Shown: in pieces, positions 38,150 through 49,534 of the stretch
Position numbering within the stretch: position 1 is the stretch's first letter
Layout of the letters: each line of letters begins with the position of its first letter
Origin: Pavona decussata
Lineage: Eukaryota
DNA: 64,000 bases
Direction: 5' to 3'
Assembly (NCBI GenBank): GCA_977016875.1
Contig: CDRNST010000034.1
Location: forward strand, 806,001 to 870,000
The notes under the pieces: generated by a model
The model's input: the letters and a program-made list of their open reading frames with translations, nothing else
The model's database searches: none
Told to the model about the DNA's origin: nothing
Position numbers and translations under genes: made by a program

Positions 38150-38950
38150 TACTTTCCAGAATTGAAGCCAAGAAATGGACGCTCTTTCATAAAGTCTTTA
38201 AGTCTTTCTGTTAGTTTCTTCAAAGGGTGATCTATTTTCTTTTTAGCTTATGGGCTGTTCAACCTGTGTTTATTGTCTTCATAGTCTGATTATCATCAAT
38301 CCCTTCTTCTCGTTCTCAATCACTTGGTAAAATGACAGCCCTTGCTCTTCCACCTCATCATTTACAAAATAATCTGTTTTCATCATCAGTCATCATCTGT
38401 TTATATCAGATCTTCTCCCTCATCATCACTACCTTCTTGCCCATTCAGGGCCATGTTACTCTCTGTGGTTGGTCTGCAACCTAATTGTTTCAGTTCTAGT
38501 TTTTGGTCAACTGTATTGAATATGGGGCTAGCTCTTGTTTCATATGAAGAGCACTTTCTCCACTAGTTTTTGCTAGGTAATCCATTCCACAATGCTTTTG
38601 ACAAGTTATTTTGAGTCTCTGTCGAAAACAATACACTTGGGTTGACCTAACTATGGCACAGTAGAACAGACATTGATACTCAGCAGTATATGCTTGGCAA
38701 TACAGGTGAGTTTCTCTATATTGTTGAGACTGATGTCTGATCTCAACATGCATTTATAGTCAAAGGTGGCTGTGGAAGGAAAGTACTTGGGTTCTGTAGG
38801 AATAAAGAAGCCTTAATCTTTGAGCAGCAGGAAACTGGTTGGTGGTGTCTTGTATGCACCGCCAGGAAACATGTAACAGAATTTAGCTTTGCAGGTACGC
38901 TTATGACAACATCATTTTCCCATGTGTTTCAAAACTTTTCACATCTTTAG
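38150..38950 (-). mobile_element. Heavily decayed Polinton-like polB fragment
   Basis: FPGGAYKTPPT...PKYFPSTATFDYKCML...EKLTCIAKHILLSINVCS, homologous to the region in 44632-45876. Confidence 0.7.
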
Positions 38951-39189
38951 CCCAGCTCCCTTTAAATTTTTCTTGTTATTTCTGAGGGTAGTGCCTCATC
39001 GTTTCTGAACATGTCCAACACATTCCTCTTTGACAACTGAAAATCTATCTCCATAAAGTTCCACCATTTTTGACTTGACTCTGCCAAAACAGCTACTAAC
39101 ACCATCACAGGCAAAGGTGGAATATATAAGTTTCCTCTTATCAAATATGGCTGAATATGGCAATGGCCCCTGAAGACTCTGTCTTTGAG

Positions 39190-39870
39190 GAACCTACGTC
39201 GTTCACTTTGCAATCAATCCTGTGTGACTCTTTCCATGTAAGATAGTCTGCTGATTCTGTATCGCAGTGTTCATGAGATCAACATTCTTTGCAAATGACG
39301 GATTTTACCTCGTAGTCAAGAATTTCTCCTGTCATTACTTGTATTGCAAAAACCACACCAATGCTAGACCAGTGTTAGAGCTTCTCACTTGTCTGTAGAG
39401 TTTTGATAGTATCACAAGATGAGCATTTTAAATACAGCGATTCAGCAAGGTCATCTCTGCTGGAGTTTTGGTTTTGAGTGTCGGCATGAGCTGCAAATAG
39501 CTGATTCGCTAATGCACTGTGATAGAAGCTCAGCATCTTGTAGCTTGAAGCCATGTGCTTTTTCATCATTGTAAAGCACGCGAGAGCATCTGTTTATGAT
39601 TCGCGCGCTATATAAATAATAAATTATTATTATTATTATTATCATCATGCATTCCTGAACAGCTACTTTGTACTTTGAGAGCGAGTAAGGTTTCCTTCTT
39701 GCTGATCCAAATTCGCGAAAGAACCGTTCATAAGTTTCAGTTCTGACATATTCCTTGGTGCAGTACCTGCTAGAAAATCGTTGTACTCACCAACCTTGGA
39801 AATGCTTGGTTGTGGTTTCAAAGGTGTTTCTATGCTGATGTCATGTCTGCCATCTGCTTCTGTTTCCCTT
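39190..39870 (-). pseudogene. Kolobok/Mutator-like transposase N-terminal remnant
   Basis: GFKLQDAELLSQCISESAICSSC...LYLKCSSC...IGVVFAIQVMTGEILDYEVKSVICKEC, parallel to the 622-aa ORF; interrupted by a short retroelement tail at 39568-39645. Confidence 0.7.
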
Positions 39871-39909
39871 CGCTTTTCTCACGCTTTTTCCCTGTGATCA
39901 CAATCAGGC

Positions 39910-40200
39910 TTATTTACTTTGGTATTCATGCAAATTTGCATTCATAGAGGCTATGCACTCTCTCCACACCTTCTCTAATACTGCTGTTTTGTCATATACA
40001 GGCATGGCATGTCTTTTAATATGGTCCAGTATTAGCGCTGGTCTTGCTTTGGACTCATAAATCACTTTTGCCCTTGAGCTCTTTGGGGGCAAATAGTATT
40101 CTCAGGGGAGAACAACACATCAACCCTTTGGTTTTTGGTCTTGGGTCCGTCTGTTATTAATTCTCCATTTGTAAACTTGCAAAGGTCACTAAATGAGCAT
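39910..40200 (-). pseudogene. BEN-domain-like fragment
   Basis: VDVLFSPE...KARPALILDHIKRHA...VWRECIASMNANL. Confidence 0.45.
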
Positions 40201-42329
40201 GGGTTAACAAAGAAATCGAAGGTAAATTTTGTTCCAACATGGGTTAAAAATGAAACTGCAACACTGCAAATAATGTTGTTTCCTGAATATTGCACGTTTA
40301 AAGACGAAAATATTGGCACACTGTAGAGTTTGAGATCACTGCTGTACTTCAAGGTGGGGAGTTTATTCACCAAAATACCGCGCAAAATAGTTATTATGGG
40401 CATTGCCTGACAAGTCAAATGGGTTGGGTTTGCATAGGCGGAAATTGTAGGCGTGGTATTTCGTAGGGTATTTGAGACTGATGAAGTATCTGGATATTTC
40501 CCATTTGTTTACAGCGAAAAGCTGTTCATTCCATCGAAAAACTCTCTAGAGGATAGAAAACAGTCATTCAATGGCCAACTTGCTCGTGAAATAAAGAAAA
40601 AGCTTTGGTCTGGATGGCGAGAGGACCCTGATTAATGTTGAACAAGATGTTTTCATGGCAGGTCTTGGGAGTGTTTTGCCCAGCTTTCTTCAAAGATTGA
40701 GGATGGTTAAACAATTGGAGTCAAATAGGGTGCTTGATTCATGTCTGGGGCTGAAGTGGGATGAAAGAATTTTAAATCCAGCTGGATATTTTGCCTATGT
40801 AATTCCACTAACTATTAAGTATTGGCTGGGACAAATAAGTCCGATCATTGAATACAATATGCTAGAACAGAAGTTGAAAACTGCTACTTTATTACATTTT
40901 AGTTTGTGAGAGGTGATGGTAACAGGAACAACTACCATGCCAACAGATGAAATAACAATCCATTATATAGCACCACTATATAGCATCTTGGCCAAAAACT
41001 TGAGATTCATAATCAAAAGTTCCAATATTATTTTACAGTTGTGGCTGAGTTGCCTGGCTTATGGCTGGAAGCGAGACTGCTGGTAAATACAGGCTAGTTA
41101 ATTCATAGGCCGGGTCACCGAGTAAACAACTGTAAAATGGCCTATTTTGGCAAAATAAATTAACCCATTGCAGCCCACGTGTTTTTGACATTTTCACAAA
41201 TTAGCATATTGTTAATAATTAACCCAATGTGCAGTAAAAATTGACAACTTACTGGGTCAAAGAACCAGCACTCCTTTGGTCTGGAATAGCTAGAATTTCT
41301 AATTGTCGAATAAAATACCCTACCTGCGAATTAAAGATTACCCAAAAAACAAAGCTGAAGGTAAAAATTTCGAAAATTTGATGAAATTTGATCCTCGCGT
41401 CACATGGCAGTAATTTGATCCGCTCTCGAGGAGACGTGTTTGTTTACGCAAGATTAGGCAGTTATCACGTTTCATCAATGAAAATAGAAAGAAAAACAGG
41501 CAATAAAGCTTTCCTAATTAAAACATTTATTCAAATAAGTCTTTGTATAGGTCTTAGAAGAAAACGCGTATAATTTTGGCCGCGAGGCGACCGACTCGCA
41601 AGCGATTTGAAGCAATTGCGAGTCAATTTTGAAGCGAATTTATCGACCCGTGCGGAGTACGAAAAACGGAATACGAAGAATCGATCAATTAGAATAGTAT
41701 TTCAGTACAAATCCACAATCAAACTTGTAATTCTTTGTGAGTTGTATTGCGAGAAACGCTCTAACATCACCAAGAAAGTCCATGGCGAAAATAATGATTT
41801 GAGATGTCCGCCAGCTCGTCGCCTCGGTAAAACTACAAATTTTCCTCGAAGCATAATTTCTTCGCCGTTAATGCTTGGATTTCCGCTGTTGAAACTGTCG
41901 AGTATTCCTTAGAAGTTCCTCTTTCGATTTACCGTTTCGAAAAGGTGTGTTTTCCTTCGGAAAATGCGAAATTGGCGTCTTGAATATTTAAGCGTAAAGC
42001 GCGTGGCCCGCCATTATCGATGAAATCTGATATTTTCGGAAGACAAAAACCTTTTTGTGTCTAGACCCCCCTAAGACCTAAAAATATATGCGCAGACGAT
42101 AGATTCTGATTCGTCAGTCTTTTCTAAAGACAATTAGAACAATAGAGGACAAAATTATCCCTTCTAGGGGAGGCAGGAACCTAGCGCGGACGTGCGAATT
42201 TTATCGGCCGGTTTTGGGCGCCTCGGCCGTTAATGGGTTAAAGGTGATATTTTAAGGGGTTCTAGAAGTATTAAATGTTATGACCCTGACTAACATTGTG
42301 ACCAAACTAAGGGGAGACCAGGGTCAGAA

Positions 42330-43700
42330 AATCCTTCCTCAAGAACTAAATGACATTTTATAACATTGTCAAACTAACTCTGGTTAATATTGAAGCTAGC
42401 GTCTGGGCATCCATTTGCCACCTTCCTTCACAAGATGTGCACGGCAAATTGGAGCTGGACAATTTTTTCATGATGATGTGCATGTCTTGATGTTGTGGCC
42501 TTTGTTTGAACAGTTATTGCATTCGTAGGTGCTCTTAACCCTTTCATAGCCTGCTACCTCCAGGAACTGAATCCTGTTTTTCTTGCAAAACAGTTGTTTG
42601 AGGGCATCAACCCCTTTGTGATTTGTGGATTTGAAGAAATCTTTTGAAGCTCTGTCATTGTATTTTTCCAAGCCTTGCTGTGTGTAATATGCCATGTTCT
42701 GATAAAGTGACAGGAACTCAGGGACATGACAACGTAGTGCATGCATTTAGGGAGTCACATCTTTTGCTTGGTAAACTTCGAGAAAGTGTTCAAACCATGA
42801 TTTGATATTTCTGTGCAGTTCAAGAATACCCTCTTGAACTAGCTTCAAATCACCAATTATGTCCATAAATTTAGCCCAGATCACTTGTATTTCCTTGTTT
42901 TGACTGCAGTGAGGGAAAAGCACAGGAATGTTTATATTCTGAAAGAATATCAATTTGTTTGGGTCCAGTAAGATCTCTATATTCCAGCTTTTTGCTCTCT
43001 TTGCTGATTCTAAAGTTAGAAGTGATTCCCATACTTTTGACAAATTCTTCATGACTTGCCATGTGTTTATATTTTTCTCTTGGGAATCCATCAAAGGTTT
43101 TTTCTTCTCATTAGCATCACTTCATCTCAGCTCTCTTCTGAGCAAGTCAATCAAAACATCTGAAATCCTCAGAAAAAGATGTAAGGTATCTATGATGACA
43201 TGGTCCATAGATATAAAATCAAATAATGGTTGTGCCTGACAGTTGAATCTCTTTCCAGTGGAAAACTTTGCTATTTCTGCGACAGTTCTAGCACCAAATT
43301 TGGGGTCATTAATTGACCATGGTTTGCTTGTGTCCTACCATTGTTCCCTGGGACACTTGCACCGCACGCAAGCATAATCTTCATTTGCCTTGCCTAAACC
43401 ACATACCGGTGCTAAAAATTGCCAATCTCCTCCTTAAAAGTATTCAATTCTATAGGTGCAATTATTTGCACTTATCTCCTTTAAGTTTGACATTTCCATT
43501 TGAAGGTCTGCTAGACTCTCTCTCAGATTATCATGGTTTTTTTTAACAGCAAGTACATAATTTTCCTTCTCACCCATTGTCACATCCTTTCCATTGAGAA
43601 TAGCAAAAGTGAAGTTGACAACTGTAAGCCGCCTCCCATTTACTGACAGGGGTCAAATCATCTCTGCCAGAACCACTTTTAGGCTTTTTGTTACCCTTAG
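42330..43700 (-). pseudogene. Chapaev/Transib-like transposase pseudogene
   Basis: GGDWQFLAPVCGL...YACVRCKCP, VIIDTLHLFLRISDVLIDLL, LEYRDLTGP, VTP*MHALRCHVPEF, YTQQGLEKYND. Confidence 0.75.
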
Positions 43701-44229
43701 CTCTTTCACGAGAATGCTGTGTACAGAGACCTTCAATTTTCCTTTGTTCTTCTGCACCTGAAAATTTCAATGTTTCATGAATGAAAACTGTGTTGTTAAG
43801 GATTACTGCTGAAAACCTGTTCTTTTAAGTGGAAATTAATTTGATATTTTAACTTGTTTTAATAGTTGACTTGCATTTGTTAACGGCTATGTGTTATTAA
43901 AGCAACAATTAAATTTGCAGCTTTAATATCTACACATTGTTGCATGACTGTACACTAAAAACTGACCAAAACTCTTGAATCCCTGCTTTGCTGACATAAA
44001 CAGAAAGAAATAAAACATGAAACCTAAAGCTTAATAATAATTAAAACATCACCAGATCATAGTTATAAGCTGATGATTTACTTTTTTTTCACAACATTTC
44101 TATCATGTCATCAACTCAAATTTCAAAAATAAAGCTTCTTCTTTAAAGCGACAGGGAAACTCGCAATTAATGTAGAGGAGAAATCATGGAGACAGCAGAA
44201 AGCATGGCAAACTATCACCTGAACTAGAT

Positions 44230-44436
44230 TTACTCACTCGTTGTTTCAAGTTTTGCTGCAATCTCTACCAGAGCTTTTTCTCTCATGTCATGATTGTTGT
44301 GATCCTTTGATCTTATATCGTACAGGCATGGAAAAGTCTCATACAGATTGATCAGTTGACTGGTGTTGTCAAACCTCCATTCGAACTCAGCTGATTCAAA
44401 ATTGCCAAATTCACCATTGCCTGCATCTCTGGACAT
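44230..44436 (-). pseudogene. Isolated MADF (Myb/SANT-like) exon
   Basis: EWRFDNTSQLINLYETFPCLYDIRSKDHNNHDMREKALVEIAAKL followed by a GT donor. Confidence 0.65.
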
Positions 44437-44469
44437 AAGTAATGTTTTTGTTCTTCAGAGATGAATAGA

Positions 44470-46690
44470 AGGCAGCGTGAGGGGTAGTGTTGTTTCCTCT
44501 AGCTTGTCCAGGCTGTTGATCCACTTGTAAGGAAAGAAACCTTTGGTCTGCTCACACTTGTATGCTTTTAGGAACTGGTTGTAGGTGAACCCGGGAGCGA
44601 GATAGTTTGTGATGTCCAAAACTTGAGGTATTCAGTCTTGAGGCACATGTGGTTGCCGTTTCTTTTTTACAGTAAACTTGACTGGCTGTGTCTCAATGAG
44701 GTAGGGAAATAAAAATTCTTTCACAGCGTTGAGATCATACTTGCCAGAATTGAAGCCCAAGACTGGCAGTTCTTGAATGTAGCCATTCAGTTTTTCTTCT
44801 AATTGACAAAGGACTTTGTTGTTACTGGTGTGTTGCTCTCCGATTAACATATCTTCACAATCTGGCATTTCTTGTCTTCTCCCCTGGTCCAACTCTACGT
44901 TTAATCTTCTATAAAACGACGGATCGTTTTCACTCACTTCGTCATCTAAAAAGACGCGATCTTCTTCGTTCTCTGGCTCGATTTCTTCCTCATCCTCCTC
45001 ATCATCGCTCGCCATTAAATCAATGTCTCTACTTTCATCTTCGCTCTCTTCTTCACTATTTTCATCTTTGCTAGACTCCTCATTTCCTTCTTGCATATCC
45101 ACTAGCATTTGCAATAACTGATCTTCGTGCGTCTCACCACGCCTAGGTACAGATGCTTGGACAAGCGCTTCAAACACGGGTGCGTACTGTTGGCGTAGCA
45201 GAGAAGAACTTTTCGTGCTTATGGCGACCATGCACTCAACAAATTTTCTCATCGGCTCTTCGGAGTTGCCCTCCAGGACAAAACATTTCAGCTCTTGGTA
45301 ACCAAGCATGTTACTGCATACATTGAAACTCAAGCGCACACGAGATGACTGCCAGGTTAACTTGTCTGTGTTTTTCTCTTGGTTAGCATTTTCCTTGCCA
45401 AAGTAACATTCAAAGTTGAAGGTGGCGTGGTAAGGGAAGTAGCGGAATTCTTCCGGAACATTGATCCCTTCCTCTTCTAATTCTTCAAAGATAGTCGTCG
45501 GGACATGGTAGGCTCCGCCTGGGTACTTAAAGGGAACTTTCCCATCACAGTTCTTCTCGTGTTGTCTCAAGTTATGCACTCGTTTCCAGTGCTTGCCACA
45601 GTGAGAACATTGAAATGATTTACTGTAGCGGGCCAGGTCTTTGATGTAAGAAAAGTGGTTCTCATAGAGGTTGAGGAATGGAGTGCTTGGATAGTGGCGA
45701 TGCGAGCGGCGGAGGAGCGTAGCAGCAATGTCAGGTTCGTCTTCATTGTCTTCTGTTTCGTCTTCCCCGTGTGTTTGGGTGGGTGCAAGACTGTACACTT
45801 GAATGTTGACTTCAAACAACTTTTCTAGATCGTCTAATTCACTTATCTTGACACCATGAAATTTCTTTTTTCCCAACCCAGCATCTTGGTATTGTTGGTA
45901 ATAGTATTGCGTGTCTCTCTCTAAATTCTTTGTGTGGCATCCGTTATGGAGGGTCAGACATCTGAAGAAACAGAGGTTATCTTCATAGGGTTTGCCTCTT
46001 CGGATATCGCAATCGAGCGGGATAATTCCACCGTTCTCTACAATGTGATGTGGGAGATATTTCCCTCGGCCGAGGGGATGATCGCGAATCTTTGTGATAA
46101 ACCAGGTGACATTCGTAATGAGATCGACAACTCATTTACTGTTTGGTTTCTGCTGGCGTATCCACTCCAGGAAATCGATGTTGTTTACTTGTCCATACAA
46201 GCGCTCTAAATCATCTTGATTGGAGACCAGGAAAGGCTCTTCTAAGACCAGGTTGTTATTGGCAGACGGGTTGTGATATTGGAGAGCCGCAGTCTCTGTA
46301 TTGCGCAGAATGAAACCAAACGAAAAGTTCACTTTGAAGACTGTCGGCTGGTCGGCAAAGATCCGGCTCAATTGTTCGCGGAGGTTGGCAGGACTGAGGG
46401 TTAAGAGGCGAAAATTATACCAGTCTCGTAGGCGGTTGTGTCAGCTAAAGCGGGTACGAATTTGCGGCCAGTGCTGTCTGTACATTTGGGCAATGTTTTC
46501 TTCACTACTGGCAACAAGGTTGGATTGAATAAGAACTAGATCAGGTTGCCAACTTGAAGTAGTGATGGTTTTTTTAGTTGTGGGGGCTGGTTCTGAAGTG
46601 GTACTCGTACTTGCTTGGTCCGACCTCTTAGATCTTTTTGCGGACGGAGCATCTGATGTTTTAAATTACTTTAAAGAGAGCACACTCGCG
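44470..46690 (-). mobile_element. Polinton/Maverick-like protein-primed DNA polymerase B fragment (N-terminal region and exonuclease), frameshifted and 3'-truncated
   Basis: FKVNFSFGFILRN, DNLCFFRCL, LEKLFEVNIQVYSL, FLNLYENHFSYIKD, YFPYHATFNFEC, LPVLGFNSGKYDLN, KFLDITNYLAPG, KGFFPYKW. Confidence 0.82.
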
Positions 46691-46699
46691 TAAAAACGA

Positions 46700-47652
46700 A
46701 GTAGGTTTTTTCCGCTTCTAAAGGTTTACAAACATTCCGCATCCTTACTGCGCCATATTTCAACACTCTGGATGCCGCCGATGTCGACAGCCAATAGAAT
46801 TACAGGAGATCTGCTGCTGAGTCCCCTGAGATTACTGATGTCCTGCCGGAAAATAGTTCAGTGCGTGACCGCAGCTCTATTACCAGTCAGAATTTCTCGG
46901 ATTTCCTTGCGAAATGCCAGGCAGAAAAAATTCTTTGAAGAAAAGGAAAACTGCAGTTACCTCGACGGTGAGCCCCATCAATCCGAAAGAACAGCTGCAG
47001 GCAGAAATGTGGCCACTGGGGTACGTTGAAGGCTATTTATACATACCATTATCCGTGCGAATAAATTGCCGTCGCAAGCTTGCTGTTCAATATCCGAGTT
47101 TTTCTGCTTTGCAGGTTTGATGGAGATATTTTCATTCGCAACCTGGATGCCAGCGTTGAGCGCAATATGTGGGGAGGGGAAGGGCCTCAAAGAACTCGTT
47201 ATATCAATTATTGTACCTGGGCTTATGCGCCATGCGGTTATGCGGTTTCGGCAAGAGTTTTTTGCCATCCTTCATCGGAAACTTTCTTCTTCTTTTTCTT
47301 AGGACCAGTTTTCTTCTTAGTTTTCAACCACGGACTCTTTCTTTCTTATTTTTTTTCGCCATACACGATACGCAAAACAAACACAAGCGAAAACTTGGTG
47401 TGAATAAATCACAAGTTGCAAACATAAACGAAAGGAAGAGAGGCGACATGAAATGAACGAGCCCGGATGTTTTACCGCGAAAAACATCACAGGAAGCCCT
47501 GATGCTGACACATTTTAATTGGCTTATAGCACTCTGGCGGGTGATAGAATTTCATTTGAAAAAACTTTCTTGTTGATAATTCGCGCACGCCTCAAGATTT
47601 GAAATATATATATTTTTAAAATGAAGCGAGACTAGTAATGTTTAATTTGGCC
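46700..47652 (-). mobile_element. Probable 5' end of a TTAA-targeting (Kolobok-like) element
   Basis: Terminus reads TTAA|GGCCAAATTAAACATTACTAG on minus, followed by a decayed basic N-terminal ORF; other end absent. Confidence 0.4.
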
Positions 47653-47709
47653 TTAAAATTTTTTTTGGCAAAAAAAACGACTCTCGAAGGTATCCGGTAA
47701 CGTTAATTG

Positions 47710-48200
47710 GAGCTTCAAACAGTGATAAAGGCCAGCCTTTATTTCTGTTCTCATATTTGCCACAGCTCTGTCTCGTTCTTCAGTTGTCAAGATATACCTA
47801 TTGACATTGTTGCGGGCAGCTTTTCCATAATATTTCTTAAGTTTTTGTATTGCAGTTTTGGTCAGCATTCCATTTCTACCTTTAGTTTGCCATCCTTCAG
47901 TTTTGTAGCGGACTTCTGGAAATCATAAAGGGCCTTCCCAAGACGTTTCTGGGTGTGGCCTATGTAATCAAGTTTAATAATTTGATTGCAGTTCCTTGAA
48001 GATGTCCCTCTTCCCATTCTTTGTAATCACTTGAAGCTTTCCACGAAATGTACTCCTTAGAGGTTGGTTCCATTGTCTCAAAGTGATTGCAAGTGTCACA
48101 TGCTCCATGTATGTTCCATATTGATGAATATGACTTTGAGTCTCCCTCAGATATAATCCACTTGTACATTAAGCCATATTGTTCACTCTTACCCCATAAT
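47710..48200 (-). pseudogene. Kolobok/Mutator-like transposase core remnant
   Basis: YKWIISEGDSKSY...GHTQKRLGRAL...LTKTAIQKLKKYYGKAARNN. Confidence 0.75.
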
Positions 48201-48976
48201 CACGTTTATGGTGTGGAGCTGAGTTAATGGCTGCCTGCAGAGTTCAAACGTCCTGCGGATGTACCAAGTTTCTCTCAGAGTACATTGTCGCAATGAACTT
48301 GCAAGCGGCTAGTACACAGTCAGAGACAATCTGAAGGAACAGTCTGACAGTGTTGTTTACAAAATGGGTGTGGATCTTCACCCCAGAAAAGCAAAACATT
48401 GAACTGTTTCCCAAACTGATGAGAGAAGATACTTCGCATTGAAAACGTTCCCGCTTTTCTTAGTCAAATAACCAACGGTCAGGTTTATTTTCAGGTCAAT
48501 TTGTCTAACTCGATGGAGTCGAAATATTTTGAAACAATTTCATGACAGCTGGCCAATTAGATTAAATCCTCGGTGTCTCAAGAGACCTTTTAGATAAAAT
48601 TCCGACACGCACATGTCACGGAATTTGGAGAAATGGCGCTTTATTTCCCAAAACTGAAGAATCATACATGTTCTAGTTGGAAATGTTTTCTCAGTGCATC
48701 GTTGTGTACACGCAAAAAGGAACCTTGGTTTTTCGCTTTTGATCGAGTTAAAGAACTGAATCGAGCATTAAGGTGATATGTGCTACAACGGTTTCTGCCA
48801 CAACCTACCGATATATTACAATATTTAGCATTCCTGAATGGTTCTTTGTACGTATTTATGTATTTGATCTGCACCATCGACAACTTGCAACTTTCAGAGG
48901 GGCAACTGTTGTTAGACACATTAAGAGGGTGAATAAATTAAAGCGAACAGGTATGTGTTGAAATTCTATAGTGTTA

Positions 48977-49190
48977 AATAGTTCTATTTTTGATGTAGAT
49001 GTTTTCAAATAGAACACAAATAGTTGTTAAGGTTGAAAATAGGCTTTAAATAGAGGTATTTAAATTCTATTTTCATGTTTGTTAAATTTGTATAATTTTG
49101 AATAGTTCTATTTTTGATCTAGATGTTTTTAAAAAGCCTACAAATAGTGTAAAGGTTGAAAATAGACTTTAAATAGAGCTACTTAACTTA
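48977..49190. repeat. Two-copy ~125-bp direct repeat
   Basis: AATAGTTCTATTTTTGAT(G/C)TAGATGTTTT...AAGGTTGAAAATAG(G/A)CTTTAAATAGAG occurs twice. Confidence 0.75.
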
Positions 49191-49481
49191 TATTTACATT
49201 AACATGGTAACAGTACCATGTGGTAACAATGGTGGGACATCCATTAGTCACCCAGATTCAATGGGTATGTGCAAACAATGAACTGTTATGCCCATTGAAA
49301 AATTTCAAAGTTAATTTTAGCTGTCGAAAAACAATATGCTTCTTCTTTTACCTACATTAGCTTCAGCTAATTTCTTCAGTAATAGCTGCCGCGCTAATGC
49401 AACGGCTTATGCAGTTTGATTTTGTGTGTACGTGTGTTTAGTATCTGCGTTTAAAATAAACTTCTGTCATATAGAATAGTA

Positions 49482-49534
49482 TAGCCTGCGAGCAAGCCCC
49501 CCACCCCCAAGCTAGAGAGCTTGCTCGCAGGCTA
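49482..49534. mobile_element. 53-bp hairpin micro-MITE
   Basis: 16-bp TIR TAGCCTGCGAGCAAGC; flanks AGAATAGTA / AGAATTGTA (9-bp TSD with one mismatch). Confidence 0.65.

Noticed and set aside
41164-42237. piggyBac-like non-autonomous element (TTAA|CCCATT...AATGGG|TTAA)
   Set aside because: Only 6 bp of inverted match, so the pairing of the two ends is not secure.
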